Positions 1 through 7,827 of a stretch of DNA of 12,109 bases are shown here, piece by piece. How positions within the stretch are numbered: the first letter of the stretch is position 1; each line of letters opens with the position of its first letter. The stretch spans positions 1 through 12,109 of the forward strand of contig CAYVLA010000096.1 of the NCBI GenBank assembly GCA_964452145.1. Direction: 5' to 3'. Source of the DNA: Candidatus Hadarchaeota archaeon. GTDB taxonomy: Archaea > CAYQAE01 > CAYVLA01. The notes beneath the pieces were generated by a model. It was not told the origin of the DNA. It saw nothing but the letters and a program-made list of their open reading frames with translations, and ran no database searches. A program made the position numbers and the translations under genes.

Positions 1-203
1 AGGAACTGGGTCCGGTTCACCTAGTTGACTTCGCTCCCACAGTACTATCCGTTTTCGGGATATCAGTTCCTTGGCTGCAGGGCAGGGTGCTTCGTGAGAT
101 GATCGGACCCGTCAACGATAGCGATCGGATGTGGGAACCCGGAACTCCTTCTCCCAAATTCGGTGATCACCAAGCCAAGGAGGACTGGATCAAGCCGACG
201 TGA
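1..203 (+). CDS. C-terminal end (5'-partial) of an alkaline phosphatase superfamily protein (phosphodiesterase/sulfatase-like)
   Basis: The frame from base 3 reads ELGPVHLVDFAPTVLSVFGISVPWLQGRVLREMIG...WIKPT, with TGA at 201-203. D-x-A-P-T-x-L-x-x-x-G...P...G-R-x-L is the typical C-terminal motif of this superfamily. It is missing from the ORF track because the start lies outside the window. Confidence 0.85.
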   Translation, partial: ELGPVHLVDFAPTVLSVFGISVPWLQGRVLREMIGPVNDSDRMWEPGTPSPKFGDHQAKEDWIKPT

Positions 204-379
204 GGGGCAGGTTGAGGGCAGAACCGCCAAGACATCGGTCATTGTGAAAGAAGCGTCCCCGACATCCAGGTTCTCGGAACTCGGCCGGGATCCTCTTGCC
301 TCCAAAGTCAGCATGCACGGGGATCGGCTGCAAGCAAGACATATCAGGGTCGAGCGTCATCGCCGAATGTGTGTGAGGT

Positions 380-544
380 GTGAGGGACACGCTCTCAAGA
401 GAAGTCGCAGCGTTTCTGGGCTTTCTCGTGTTCGCAGCCCTGACCATTGCCGTAATCTATGTGGTCGCTCGCCTCGCCTTTCTGAAGGAACCCCCCTCGT
501 CCAGGCCATCCCAGGAGAGGCACGGCAAACTCACTAATAAGTAG
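380..544 (+). CDS. Small single-transmembrane protein, 54 aa (hypothetical)
   Basis: GTG 380 to TAG 542-544 gives MRDTLSREVAAFLGFLVFAALTIAVIYVVARLAFLKEPPSSRPSQERHGKLTNK, with a 22-residue uncharged hydrophobic run followed by a polar/basic tail. An in-frame TGA at 374-376 bounds the start. GAGGT abuts the start, so RBS spacing is poor. Confidence 0.5.
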   Translation: MRDTLSREVAAFLGFLVFAALTIAVIYVVARLAFLKEPPSSRPSQERHGKLTNK

Positions 545-627
545 GCGAAGCGAACCAGACACGCAGAACCTGTGACGTATCGAGATGGCTTTGGCCGCGT
601 GCCGGCGCAGCGTCCTCCGGGTGGGAA

Positions 628-2085
628 TCAGGGCTCGGAGAACTGGAATGCATATAGGCTTGCGAACTGCAGATGGAACCTGATCTTGGCCGGCTTTCCA
701 GCGAGGGACGACAGGTCCGATCGTCCATGCCATGTTACCATGCGGGCCGAGCCGCCCTCCTTCAGGATGTCGCAGTCGTGGCGGCTGAACTCGGGGATCA
801 CATAGCCCTCCTCGTCGAGCAGCTCGACCGACACGCCTGCCGAGGGCCATATCGCGGGGTCGACCTGGACGGCCTCCATGTTGAGGAGAAGGCATGACCC
901 TGAGAACCTCACCGGCCACGTCGTGACCACCCCGGGAAGATATCCAGACTGCAGCGATACGAATCCATCCAACGGCAGAGTTGCCAGTCCAATGCCCCCT
1001 CGGCTCCGGTAACCCTCGGTGGCCCTCCCAGCGTAGTGGCCGCAGTCCAAGCCGAGATAGTAGATGAGGACCTCATCGCCGTGCTGGACCGCGGGCACAA
1101 GGGGATAGATCTGCATCGAGTCCCATGCATGGCGATCCCCGTTGGGCAGGAAGGGTGCTCGTCCCCCGGCCAAGCGCCAGCGGACGTTCTCACGGCTTGA
1201 CGCCAATCTGATGCTTACCTGATCGGTGGCGTGATCAAAGAAAGGCGTCATCATCAGGTAGGTGTTGTCCGCGTACCAGAAGGCACCGGAACCGTAGTAG
1301 TCGGACTCGGGAGGGTCCCACTCGTCCGGCCCGAAGGCTATGGCCTCAGGGCTGCTCCAGTGAACGAAGTCCCGGGATTCCGATCTTCCCACGTATCTGC
1401 GGGCGGTGGGTTCCGAGGGGAACCGCTTCTCTGGCGGGAGCCGTCGGAGAACCCGGCGTCTGACGTACGCTACATATCTCTCCAGGAATCCGTCCCAGAA
1501 GACGACGTTGTGGGCGTCGAAAGGCTTCTCGTCCGTGAATAGGGGCTGGGCAATCCTGGTCCAGCTGAGTCCGTCGGGGGAGGTTGCCGCCTGCAGACCG
1601 TATAGATAGCCATCGCCCCGCTTCCTAATGTAGTGAAAGACCATCTTGTACAGCCTTTCGTCATCCTGCTCGGCGGGGTCTTTGAACACGCAAACGGTGC
1701 CAAGGTTGTCCTCACCCTCAGCGCGCGTTAGGACGATGTTGTTGTCCCTAGATCCCTCCCAATCCACTAGGTTCAGGGCCGGCCTGACCCAGTTAATCCC
1801 ATCCCTTGACGTGGCATAGGCAAAGCACTGTGTCTTCATGGTGAGGTCCAGACAGCCGTACCACATCTTCAGGATCCCTTCGTCGAACATGACCGAACCG
1901 GTATGGAAGCCGCCATCCTCCCAGGGCTTCTCGGGCGAAAGGACCGGGAAGCCATGCTTGATGGGCTGGTGCATGACCGCCCGCACCCTCACCGAGGTTT
2001 CCACAATGTAGTCATCATCCAGAAACAGCTGCTTTCTTGACCCGATGTTCAGACACTGCCCTCCGTGGGGGCCTGCCAATGCCAA
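628..2085 (-). CDS. Putative five-bladed beta-propeller glycoside-hydrolase-like protein (GH32/GH43/GH130-like fold) with C-terminal beta-sandwich; substrate unknown
   Basis: Long ORF with N-terminal IGSRKQLFLDD and PVLSPEKPWE, repeated Asp-box-like blade motifs (YATSRDGINW, ATSPDGLSW, SESRDFVHW, ASSRENVRW), IGLATLPLDGFVSL and a terminal IRFHLQFASLYAFQF. The start is moved from ATG 2136 to TTG 2085 (or 2079) because GGTGAT (2094-2089) precedes it and the TATA box lies between 2136 and 2085. No obvious signal peptide. Confidence 0.7.
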   Translation of the reverse strand: MALAGPHGGQCLNIGSRKQLFLDDDYIVETSVRVRAVMHQPIKHGFPVLSPEKPWEDGGFHTGSVMFDEGILKMWYGCLDLTMKTQCFAYATSRDGINWVRPALNLVDWEGSRDNNIVLTRAEGEDNLGTVCVFKDPAEQDDERLYKMVFHYIRKRGDGYLYGLQAATSPDGLSWTRIAQPLFTDEKPFDAHNVVFWDGFLERYVAYVRRRVLRRLPPEKRFPSEPTARRYVGRSESRDFVHWSSPEAIAFGPDEWDPPESDYYGSGAFWYADNTYLMMTPFFDHATDQVSIRLASSRENVRWRLAGGRAPFLPNGDRHAWDSMQIYPLVPAVQHGDEVLIYYLGLDCGHYAGRATEGYRSRGGIGLATLPLDGFVSLQSGYLPGVVTTWPVRFSGSCLLLNMEAVQVDPAIWPSAGVSVELLDEEGYVIPEFSRHDCDILKEGGSARMVTWHGRSDLSSLAGKPAKIRFHLQFASLYAFQFSEP

Positions 2086-2115
2086 GACATCACCATTCCG
2101 GGCCAGCCCGGGCCA

Positions 2116-2127
2116 CAAATATATTTG
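2116..2127. promoter_or_regulatory. Palindromic TATA box, candidate bidirectional promoter
   Basis: Perfect 12-bp palindrome CAAATATATTTG, the only AT-rich patch between two divergent genes, about 30 nt from the nearest start on each side (2085 and 2158). Confidence 0.65.
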
Positions 2128-2157
2128 ACCCCGCATTTGGGGACCTCGGCAGGCTGA

Positions 2158-4950
2158 ATGCTTCCGGAGGTCGGTTTGTTGGAGGATTCACGGAAACTTG
2201 CTCCGGCCCGCGTCAACCCGGTCGGATCACACCCCTTGGATCGAAGGCTCACGCTGGACGGATCCTGGGGCTTCCGCCTAGATCCCGAGGACGACGGACT
2301 GGGACTTGGCTGGTACCGGGACTGTGACGCACTTGACCGCAAGGTCGAGGTCCCGGGCTGTTGGCAGGGGCAGGGATTGGGACACGACGGCAAGGACGAG
2401 GTTTGGGACTTCAGGATCCAGACCAGGGCCTACCGTGCGACCTACACTGGTACCGGGTGGTACGGTAGGACCTTTCAGCCCCCGCCAAGCTGGGAAGGGA
2501 GGCACGTGTGGCTCGACATCGGCGGGGTCCACCCCTCGGCCGATCTATGGCTCAACCGATCATTCCTGGGCTCGCACTCGGGGCCATTTGTGCCTTTCGC
2601 GTTGGACATAACCGATCTCATCTCCTGGAAGGAGGACAACCTGCTTGTCATCAGGGTCCATGAGAAGGATCGCTGGATGGGAATGGCGTTCAACTGGCAA
2701 GGTAACTGGTCGGGACTCTATCGCAGCGTTGAACTCTCTGCCACGGGCGATGCGTGGTTCCGCCTCGTGACGTGTTGCGCGGATGTCGACCGCCAGGAGC
2801 TTCGCATCAGCGCCCCACTGGGGGGTTGTGCTGGAGGCATGCACCCAGTTGACTTGTCAGTCTGCGTGACGGCCCCGGACGGCGCTCAGGCGCAATCCAG
2901 AATGCGTCTGAACGCGGACCAAGCCGAGGTGACGGTTCCGGTTCGAGAGCCGATGCTTTGGAGCCCCGATTCCCCGGACCTATACCGCGTTGACGCTGTC
3001 CTGTCCAGGGGCGAAGAGGTGCTCGATGCGGTCTCGGAGAGAGCCGGCTTCCTCAAGCTGTCCACCAGGGGCAAGCACTTCCTGATCAACGGCCAGCCCT
3101 ATTACATGAGGGGCAGCGGTGATTTCGCAGCCAACCCGGAGACCGGTTCGCCGGATACTGATAGAGAGCGCTGGCGCCGGAAGCTTCGCACGCTCAGGGA
3201 GTATGGGTACAACTACGTAAGATGCCAGTCCTATGCCCCCACAACCGAATATCTCGACGCTGCCGACGAGGTGGGCATGATTGTGCAGAGCGAGATGGGC
3301 ATGCTGGGTGCATGGTCGGGCTCGAGCCCTTGGCACGTTTATGCTTGGCCGCCGCCCAGCGCCAAGCACTACGCAAAGCTGAAGTGGCAGTGGGATAGTA
3401 CGGTGAGGCGCGACGTCAATCATCCGTCCGCGGCCATCTACTGCATGAGCAACGAACTCGGCAGCAGCACCCTGTACCCCCGGACGGCCTGGAGGTGCTA
3501 TCACGATACCAAGGCGATCAAGCCTTGGGCCATGGTCATATGGACCGACGGCGGATGGAACCCAGAACTACCCGGCGATTTCGTCAACGCTGAGGCGAAA
3601 GTCGATTCCGAGTGCCCCAAGCCCGTGATTCAGCACGAGTTCCGCTGGTGGAGTGCCTACCCCGACGTGCGGGTGAAGGGCAAGTACTCCGGCGCGATCC
3701 GGCCCTACGCGATAGAGATGGCAGAAGAGATGGCGCGTCTCAACGGGGTTGAGCAACTGCTGCCAACAATGGCCCAGAACAGCCAGCGACTCCAGTACAT
3801 CGAAGCGCGCGGAAAGCTGGAGGCGTGCCGGAGGGACCACCCCTCCCTGGCCGGGATCTGCCACTTCAATGCAATGGATATCGGGTTCTCGCCACAAGGC
3901 ATACTTGACGAGTTCTGCGAGATGAAGTGCGTGGATGCGTCCACGTGGCTCAGAACCTGGGGGGACGTGGTGGTTCTCATCGACAGGGACTTCGATGACC
4001 GAGTGATCGCATCGGGCCGGAGACTGTCGCTCAGCCTCTTTGTCTCCGACTTCTCGCATCCCCCACTTAAGAATCCCGTGCTTGCGTGGAGACTGCTCAG
4101 AGGAAGAAGGGTTACCGCCCGCGGTGAACTCAGCTACCGGCACCGGCCCTTCAGGACCTGTCGCATCGGCAGGATCCAGATCGACACACCCACCGCGTCA
4201 AGACCATCCAAGCTCGTGCTGCAGGCCTCCATCAAGGAAGGCTCCAGAGCCTATCGCAATGAGTGGGACTTCCATCTCATGCCGAACAGTCACAAGCCTC
4301 CCACATCCTTCACAACCTACGGTCTTCGGGGCAGGACATGGTCTTCTCAGTTGAAGGGGTTGACCGGCCTGGCTGCCAAGTCCGCAGGATCGAGACCTTG
4401 TGCGGTCGTGGTCTCGGATGCTCTGGATCGTGCGCTGGTCGAGTACATGAAGGAAGGGGGAAGGCTGGTGCTGGCGGCTGGCGAGGGCCTTGTGCGTCCT
4501 TTTAACCCCAAGCTCGGCCTGGACAAAGGCAGGTACTTCTTCCTGCCTCCGGCCAACTATCCCCCATACGAGGACGGCAACAGCGGAACGATGCTGGATC
4601 ATCATCCGATCCTGGACGATCTCCAGCACGAGGGCTTCGCCGATCTGTCTCTCTACCGCCCGATCGCGGATTCGCCGCCAATCGACCTGCTCCCATTCGG
4701 CGGGTGGAGCGTCCGGCCCGTGATCCGATCGCTGAACACTTACATGGTCTTCCATCCCCTAGCGTATCTGGCCGAGTTCAGGGTTGGAAAGGGAGGGATG
4801 ATAGTCTCAGCGCTGGACCTGGATCAGCGATGGCCAGAGTCGCGATTCCTGCTGTCATCAATCCTCCGGCATGTCAGCGGTCGTTCTTTTGCCCCCGTGA
4901 ACCAACTGACCGACGCCCAGTTGGAAAGGCTGATCGATCTGATTCGCTAG
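2158..4950 (+). CDS. Glycoside hydrolase family 2 protein (beta-galactosidase/beta-glucuronidase/beta-mannosidase family)
   Basis: 930-aa ORF with the sugar-binding domain (LDGSWGFRLDP, VPGCW, YTGTGWYGRTF, GPFVPFALDITD, SGLYRSVEL), Ig-like LWSPDSPDLY, and TIM barrel (FLINGQPYYMRG, LDAADEVGMIV). NHPSAAIYCMSNE carries the acid/base Glu (3454-3456) and PVIQHEF the likely nucleophile (3637-3639). Alternative TTG starts at 2176/2179 follow GGAGGT (2166-2171). Confidence 0.92.
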   Translation: MLPEVGLLEDSRKLAPARVNPVGSHPLDRRLTLDGSWGFRLDPEDDGLGLGWYRDCDALDRKVEVPGCWQGQGLGHDGKDEVWDFRIQTRAYRATYTGTGWYGRTFQPPPSWEGRHVWLDIGGVHPSADLWLNRSFLGSHSGPFVPFALDITDLISWKEDNLLVIRVHEKDRWMGMAFNWQGNWSGLYRSVELSATGDAWFRLVTCCADVDRQELRISAPLGGCAGGMHPVDLSVCVTAPDGAQAQSRMRLNADQAEVTVPVREPMLWSPDSPDLYRVDAVLSRGEEVLDAVSERAGFLKLSTRGKHFLINGQPYYMRGSGDFAANPETGSPDTDRERWRRKLRTLREYGYNYVRCQSYAPTTEYLDAADEVGMIVQSEMGMLGAWSGSSPWHVYAWPPPSAKHYAKLKWQWDSTVRRDVNHPSAAIYCMSNELGSSTLYPRTAWRCYHDTKAIKPWAMVIWTDGGWNPELPGDFVNAEAKVDSECPKPVIQHEFRWWSAYPDVRVKGKYSGAIRPYAIEMAEEMARLNGVEQLLPTMAQNSQRLQYIEARGKLEACRRDHPSLAGICHFNAMDIGFSPQGILDEFCEMKCVDASTWLRTWGDVVVLIDRDFDDRVIASGRRLSLSLFVSDFSHPPLKNPVLAWRLLRGRRVTARGELSYRHRPFRTCRIGRIQIDTPTASRPSKLVLQASIKEGSRAYRNEWDFHLMPNSHKPPTSFTTYGLRGRTWSSQLKGLTGLAAKSAGSRPCAVVVSDALDRALVEYMKEGGRLVLAAGEGLVRPFNPKLGLDKGRYFFLPPANYPPYEDGNSGTMLDHHPILDDLQHEGFADLSLYRPIADSPPIDLLPFGGWSVRPVIRSLNTYMVFHPLAYLAEFRVGKGGMIVSALDLDQRWPESRFLLSSILRHVSGRSFAPVNQLTDAQLERLIDLIR

Positions 4951-5118
4951 ACCGATCAACGAAGGCATCGATGACGGATCCCGTAGGCAGATCGTTTGTC
5001 AGTGTCGCTGCAAAACCGACTCCCATCCAACAACACACCTCAACGATTTGGATGGAATCCTGCCGGCACCCAACACTAGATTGTGCGATGCTGGTCGGGA
5101 TGTGCTGAGTGCCGCCAG

Positions 5119-5559
5119 CTACGATCTTGCCATCCCGCGAAGGTCCACCCACTTGACACCAATATCCCGGTAGATCGGATCGCTGGACAGGATCGGCAGG
5201 CCCACTCTGGCGGAGATGGCGGCATGCAGCGAATCGAAGAACGAAAGACGCCGTAGTTTGCGCCGCAGATTTGAGGCTTCTTGGACATCCGAGATGGTGA
5301 CCCAGCTGTACCTTTCTAGGCGGTGTTTGCACATCATGACATTGAATAGTGAGAAAGCTTCCCCGATCCGCTCTTCAGCCAAACCTTGGGACGCCATGAC
5401 TGCATTCGCCTCGATGGGCGAAGCCCCCGAGAGGATAAGACCAAGTTCCCCTTCGAAATTCCTCTGCAGGGCCCGCTTCACTGCGCGATTCAGTCCGTCA
5501 CTCGGCCTTAGTCCGAAAAGAAAGTCCGTCTCGATCAAGTACTCGACCTTTTCAGCCAC
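5119..5559 (-). CDS. vapC: PIN-domain (VapC-type) toxin
   Basis: 146 aa with YLIETDFL, SPIE, LSFFDSLHAA and PILSSDPIY carrying the PIN acidic residues. The GTG start overlaps the end of the upstream AbrB-type gene by 25 nt. Confidence 0.88.
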   Translation of the reverse strand: MAEKVEYLIETDFLFGLRPSDGLNRAVKRALQRNFEGELGLILSGASPIEANAVMASQGLAEERIGEAFSLFNVMMCKHRLERYSWVTISDVQEASNLRRKLRRLSFFDSLHAAISARVGLPILSSDPIYRDIGVKWVDLRGMARS

Positions 5560-5771
5560 TCCCCCGCCCGCCTCCTTGCGGATCTGTCGAATTTCACATC
5601 CTTGAGCACAGCATCCAGCCTGGTCTCTTCCTGGTTTGTGGGCGACGAAAGGATGAGCTTGGAACCCTCTACTCGGAGTTCAAGCGGGTCCCCGTATTTG
5701 TAGCCGAGTTTGTCCCTTGCCCATCTCGGTATGGTGATCCTTCCCCGCCGATCGGACCTCAGCATTTCCAC
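5535..5771 (-). CDS. AbrB/MazE/SpoVT-family antitoxin (VapB-type)
   Basis: DRRGRITIPRWARDKLGYKYGDPLELRVEGSKLIL is the AbrB swapped-hairpin signature, and the gene is directly upstream of the PIN gene. The start is uncertain: GTG 5771 is preferred given the TATA-like box at 5811-5804; alternatives are 5765, 5786 and 5804. Confidence 0.88.
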   Translation of the reverse strand: MEMLRSDRRGRITIPRWARDKLGYKYGDPLELRVEGSKLILSSPTNQEETRLDAVLKDVKFDRSARRRAGEWLKRSST

Positions 5772-5778
5772 GAGAACC

Positions 5779-5822
5779 CTACCCACATCTGGGTCATTAC
5801 CCATAGATAAATGTCTACCCAC
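5779..5822 (-). promoter_or_regulatory. TA promoter/operator: TATA-like box embedded in three YTACCCAY repeats
   Basis: On the + strand CTACCCAC (5779), TTACCCAT (5797) and CTACCCAC (5815) recur at an exact 18-bp period, with an inverted ACCCA-N4-TGGGT at 5781-5794. The minus strand has TTTATCTA at 5811-5804. Confidence 0.6.
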
Positions 5823-6087
5823 GACCACGATCCCTTACGCCCATAGATTCAGATGAACCATTGAGGTGTTCGCCTCACTAGCTGGTGACGAGTTACCAAT
5901 GGACCGCGGTTAGCAGCGACGTTTCTATGGCAGTGCGCCAAGATGACGAATAGACACCAATCATGAAGGTTGGCGAGGGACTCCCTATGGAAGGCTTCGG
6001 GTCCTCCAGCTAATTCCAAGACATGCAAGCTGTCACTGGGCTTTTCAATCGTTTCCTGCACGCTGCACACAGAACATTTTTCATGAC

Positions 6088-7341
6088 ATGGACCGAAATC
6101 CCCGAGTGTTTTCCCGGCCCACGGCAATCTCCGCACTGGCCCTGCTAGTTGCCCTGCAGGCCGTCGCCGCCTCCGCCGCCACAAGACCCCATGTCCTAGA
6201 CTTCCTCATGGTGGGAGATGTACAGGGCTGGGTCAACCACTTGGGTGACGATGAGCCGGCCATAGATGTAACCCTGGTTCCCGCCCGGGCCTTCGAAGCC
6301 GCGCTGCCCGATGAAGATATCTACCGCCTTAGCCGGATGTACTTCCCCAGGAATTGGGACAGCCTGCTGGAGTACGAAGTCCTCTTCTTCAACCATCCCC
6401 GGCTCAGCTTCTTCACCCTTCAGCAACAGGGGATGATGGTTCAGTTCGCAGCGACGCGAGAGAAGGTCTCCATAGCCTATCCTCTGAGCAACTACGCGGA
6501 GGTACAGGTCCCCTGGCTCGGTAGCCCCATCTCGCAGGCATTCCCCGTCGACTATGAGAGGTTCGTCTTCGAGTCAGCAAGAGGCACGATGGACGCATGG
6601 TGGGAAAACCGACCACTGAGGCTTGCACCCGGTCTCCCGCCAGTTTTCAGCGCGTTTGAGAGCACGGGGATCTTCGATGCTAGAATATACAGGACAAGTC
6701 GACCCTGCTACGCCAAGGAAGGAGCAACCATCTGGCTCTACATGATCGATGGACCTCCTCCCACAACCGAGGAGCCCGCCTTCATCTCGTGGCCCTATGG
6801 TTCAACGGACACCTGGGCGTTCGGCCTTAACACCGCTGAGGACCGACCACAATGGGAACTGGCCGGCCCGTGGTGGGAACTGATATTCCTCAACGTCTGT
6901 CTCTATTCTAGCGGCAGGGAAACCCTGTCCTTAGAGGAAGGGGTGTACAAGCAGACGGTGAAGTCCCAGTTCTCCCACTTCCGAGATTCCGCCTCCATGT
7001 TCCATGCCATCGTCGATTTCGTGTCCGGGCTGGCGGCCAACACCAACCAAGCGGAATCCATTCTTTCCGAGGGCTACCGGATCAAGGCCGATGCCGAGAT
7101 GGACTACATGGAGCGTAGGTACGAGGAGGCCGGCCAGAAGATGGAGCACGCAATGCAATTGGCCAACCAGGCCATGGACGAGGCCAAGCGGGCAAAGAAC
7201 AGGGCACTCATCTGGATCTACGTCTCCGAGTGGATGGCCACAACAGGGATGGCCCTCATGTCAGGAACGGCCCTCTGGTGGCTAATGGTCAGGAGGAGCC
7301 TCTACAGGGGCGTGGCCGTGACGCGTCTCCGTCAGAGATAG
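6088..7341 (+). CDS. Secreted, C-terminally membrane-anchored hypothetical protein (paralog A)
   Basis: 417 aa with a signal peptide (RPTAISALALLVALQAVAASA), globular middle region with RMYFPR, Ala/Glu/Met-rich helical segment, and C-terminal TM with basic tail (WIYVSEW...LWWLMVRRSLYRGVAVTRL). GTG 6106 is an alternative start. Confidence 0.85.
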   Translation: MDRNPRVFSRPTAISALALLVALQAVAASAATRPHVLDFLMVGDVQGWVNHLGDDEPAIDVTLVPARAFEAALPDEDIYRLSRMYFPRNWDSLLEYEVLFFNHPRLSFFTLQQQGMMVQFAATREKVSIAYPLSNYAEVQVPWLGSPISQAFPVDYERFVFESARGTMDAWWENRPLRLAPGLPPVFSAFESTGIFDARIYRTSRPCYAKEGATIWLYMIDGPPPTTEEPAFISWPYGSTDTWAFGLNTAEDRPQWELAGPWWELIFLNVCLYSSGRETLSLEEGVYKQTVKSQFSHFRDSASMFHAIVDFVSGLAANTNQAESILSEGYRIKADAEMDYMERRYEEAGQKMEHAMQLANQAMDEAKRAKNRALIWIYVSEWMATTGMALMSGTALWWLMVRRSLYRGVAVTRLRQR

Positions 7342-7546
7342 CTGACCGGACACCGCCAGAGCCACGGCTGCCACAACTCCACTGCCTTCAGCGAAGCTGT
7401 AGGCTGCCTCACGACGCGAACCACAATCGCAGGGTGAGGTCGCCATGAAGGGCCGAATCGTTTTCCCAGCCGGTTTCCCAGCTGCTACCATGGTGAGAAC
7501 GGAAGCTTTGAAGACCCTGTGGGAGCGGCAGGGGCCCACGGGGCCT

Positions 7547-7777
7547 TCACACAGACCCGGGCTCGCCCCGCTTGCATGTCCTGATTGACAGAATGTGAAT
7601 GGTGACCCTGATGGCAATGGTGATCAGGACTGCACGAACCCAGAGGATGCCGACCACATAGAAGACCGAGTAACCGATGGTGGCCCAGAGAACTGAGATT
7701 GTCAGAACCTTTACCCTGGCAGGGAGACCCCTTCCCTCCCTGTAGCTCCTCATGTATTCCCCCGGAATCTTGTCCAA
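7547..7777 (-). pseudogene. 5'-truncated YbaN/DUF454-family inner-membrane protein remnant
   Basis: GEYMRSYREGRGLPARVKVLTISVLWATIGYS...VTIHILSIRT resembles the C-terminal half of DUF454. The conserved N-terminal LPTTPF-type segment is absent, and an in-frame TAA lies 8 codons upstream of TTG 7777, within the next gene's promoter. Confidence 0.65.
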
Positions 7778-7794
7778 TAAAAGAACAGCACCAG

Positions 7795-7803
7795 ATATTT
7801 AAG
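7795..7803 (+). promoter_or_regulatory. TATA box of paralog B (probably leaderless transcript)
   Basis: ATATTTAAG ends 25 nt before ATG 7828, and no RBS lies in between. It reads CTTAAATAT on the minus strand, about 20 nt before TTG 7777. Confidence 0.6.
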
Positions 7804-7827
7804 CGCGGTCGGGCGATCGGCATCTGA

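Noticed and set aside
63..919. Track ORFs 63-314, 163-537, 190-447, 395-919, 534-728, 572-805 and 673-897
   Set aside because: Arg/Pro/Ser-rich, motif-free translations overlapping better-supported genes; typical shadow ORFs of GC-rich DNA.
2980..4755. Long antisense ORFs inside GH2 (174, 191 and 185 aa)
   Set aside because: Mirror-frame ORFs expected from codon bias, with no recognisable motifs.
4951..5118. 8-bp inverted repeat CCATCCAA/TTGGATGG (5023-5055) and RYYYAAC boxes suggesting an integron attC site or terminator
   Set aside because: No matching downstream GTTRRRY, the loop is long, there is no U-tract, and the surrounding genes are in mixed orientation with their own promoters.
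5849..6087. 111-aa minus ORF and small hairpins between TA1 and paralog A
   Set aside because: The ORF overlaps paralog A's signal peptide antisense and has no motifs; stems are 6 bp or less.
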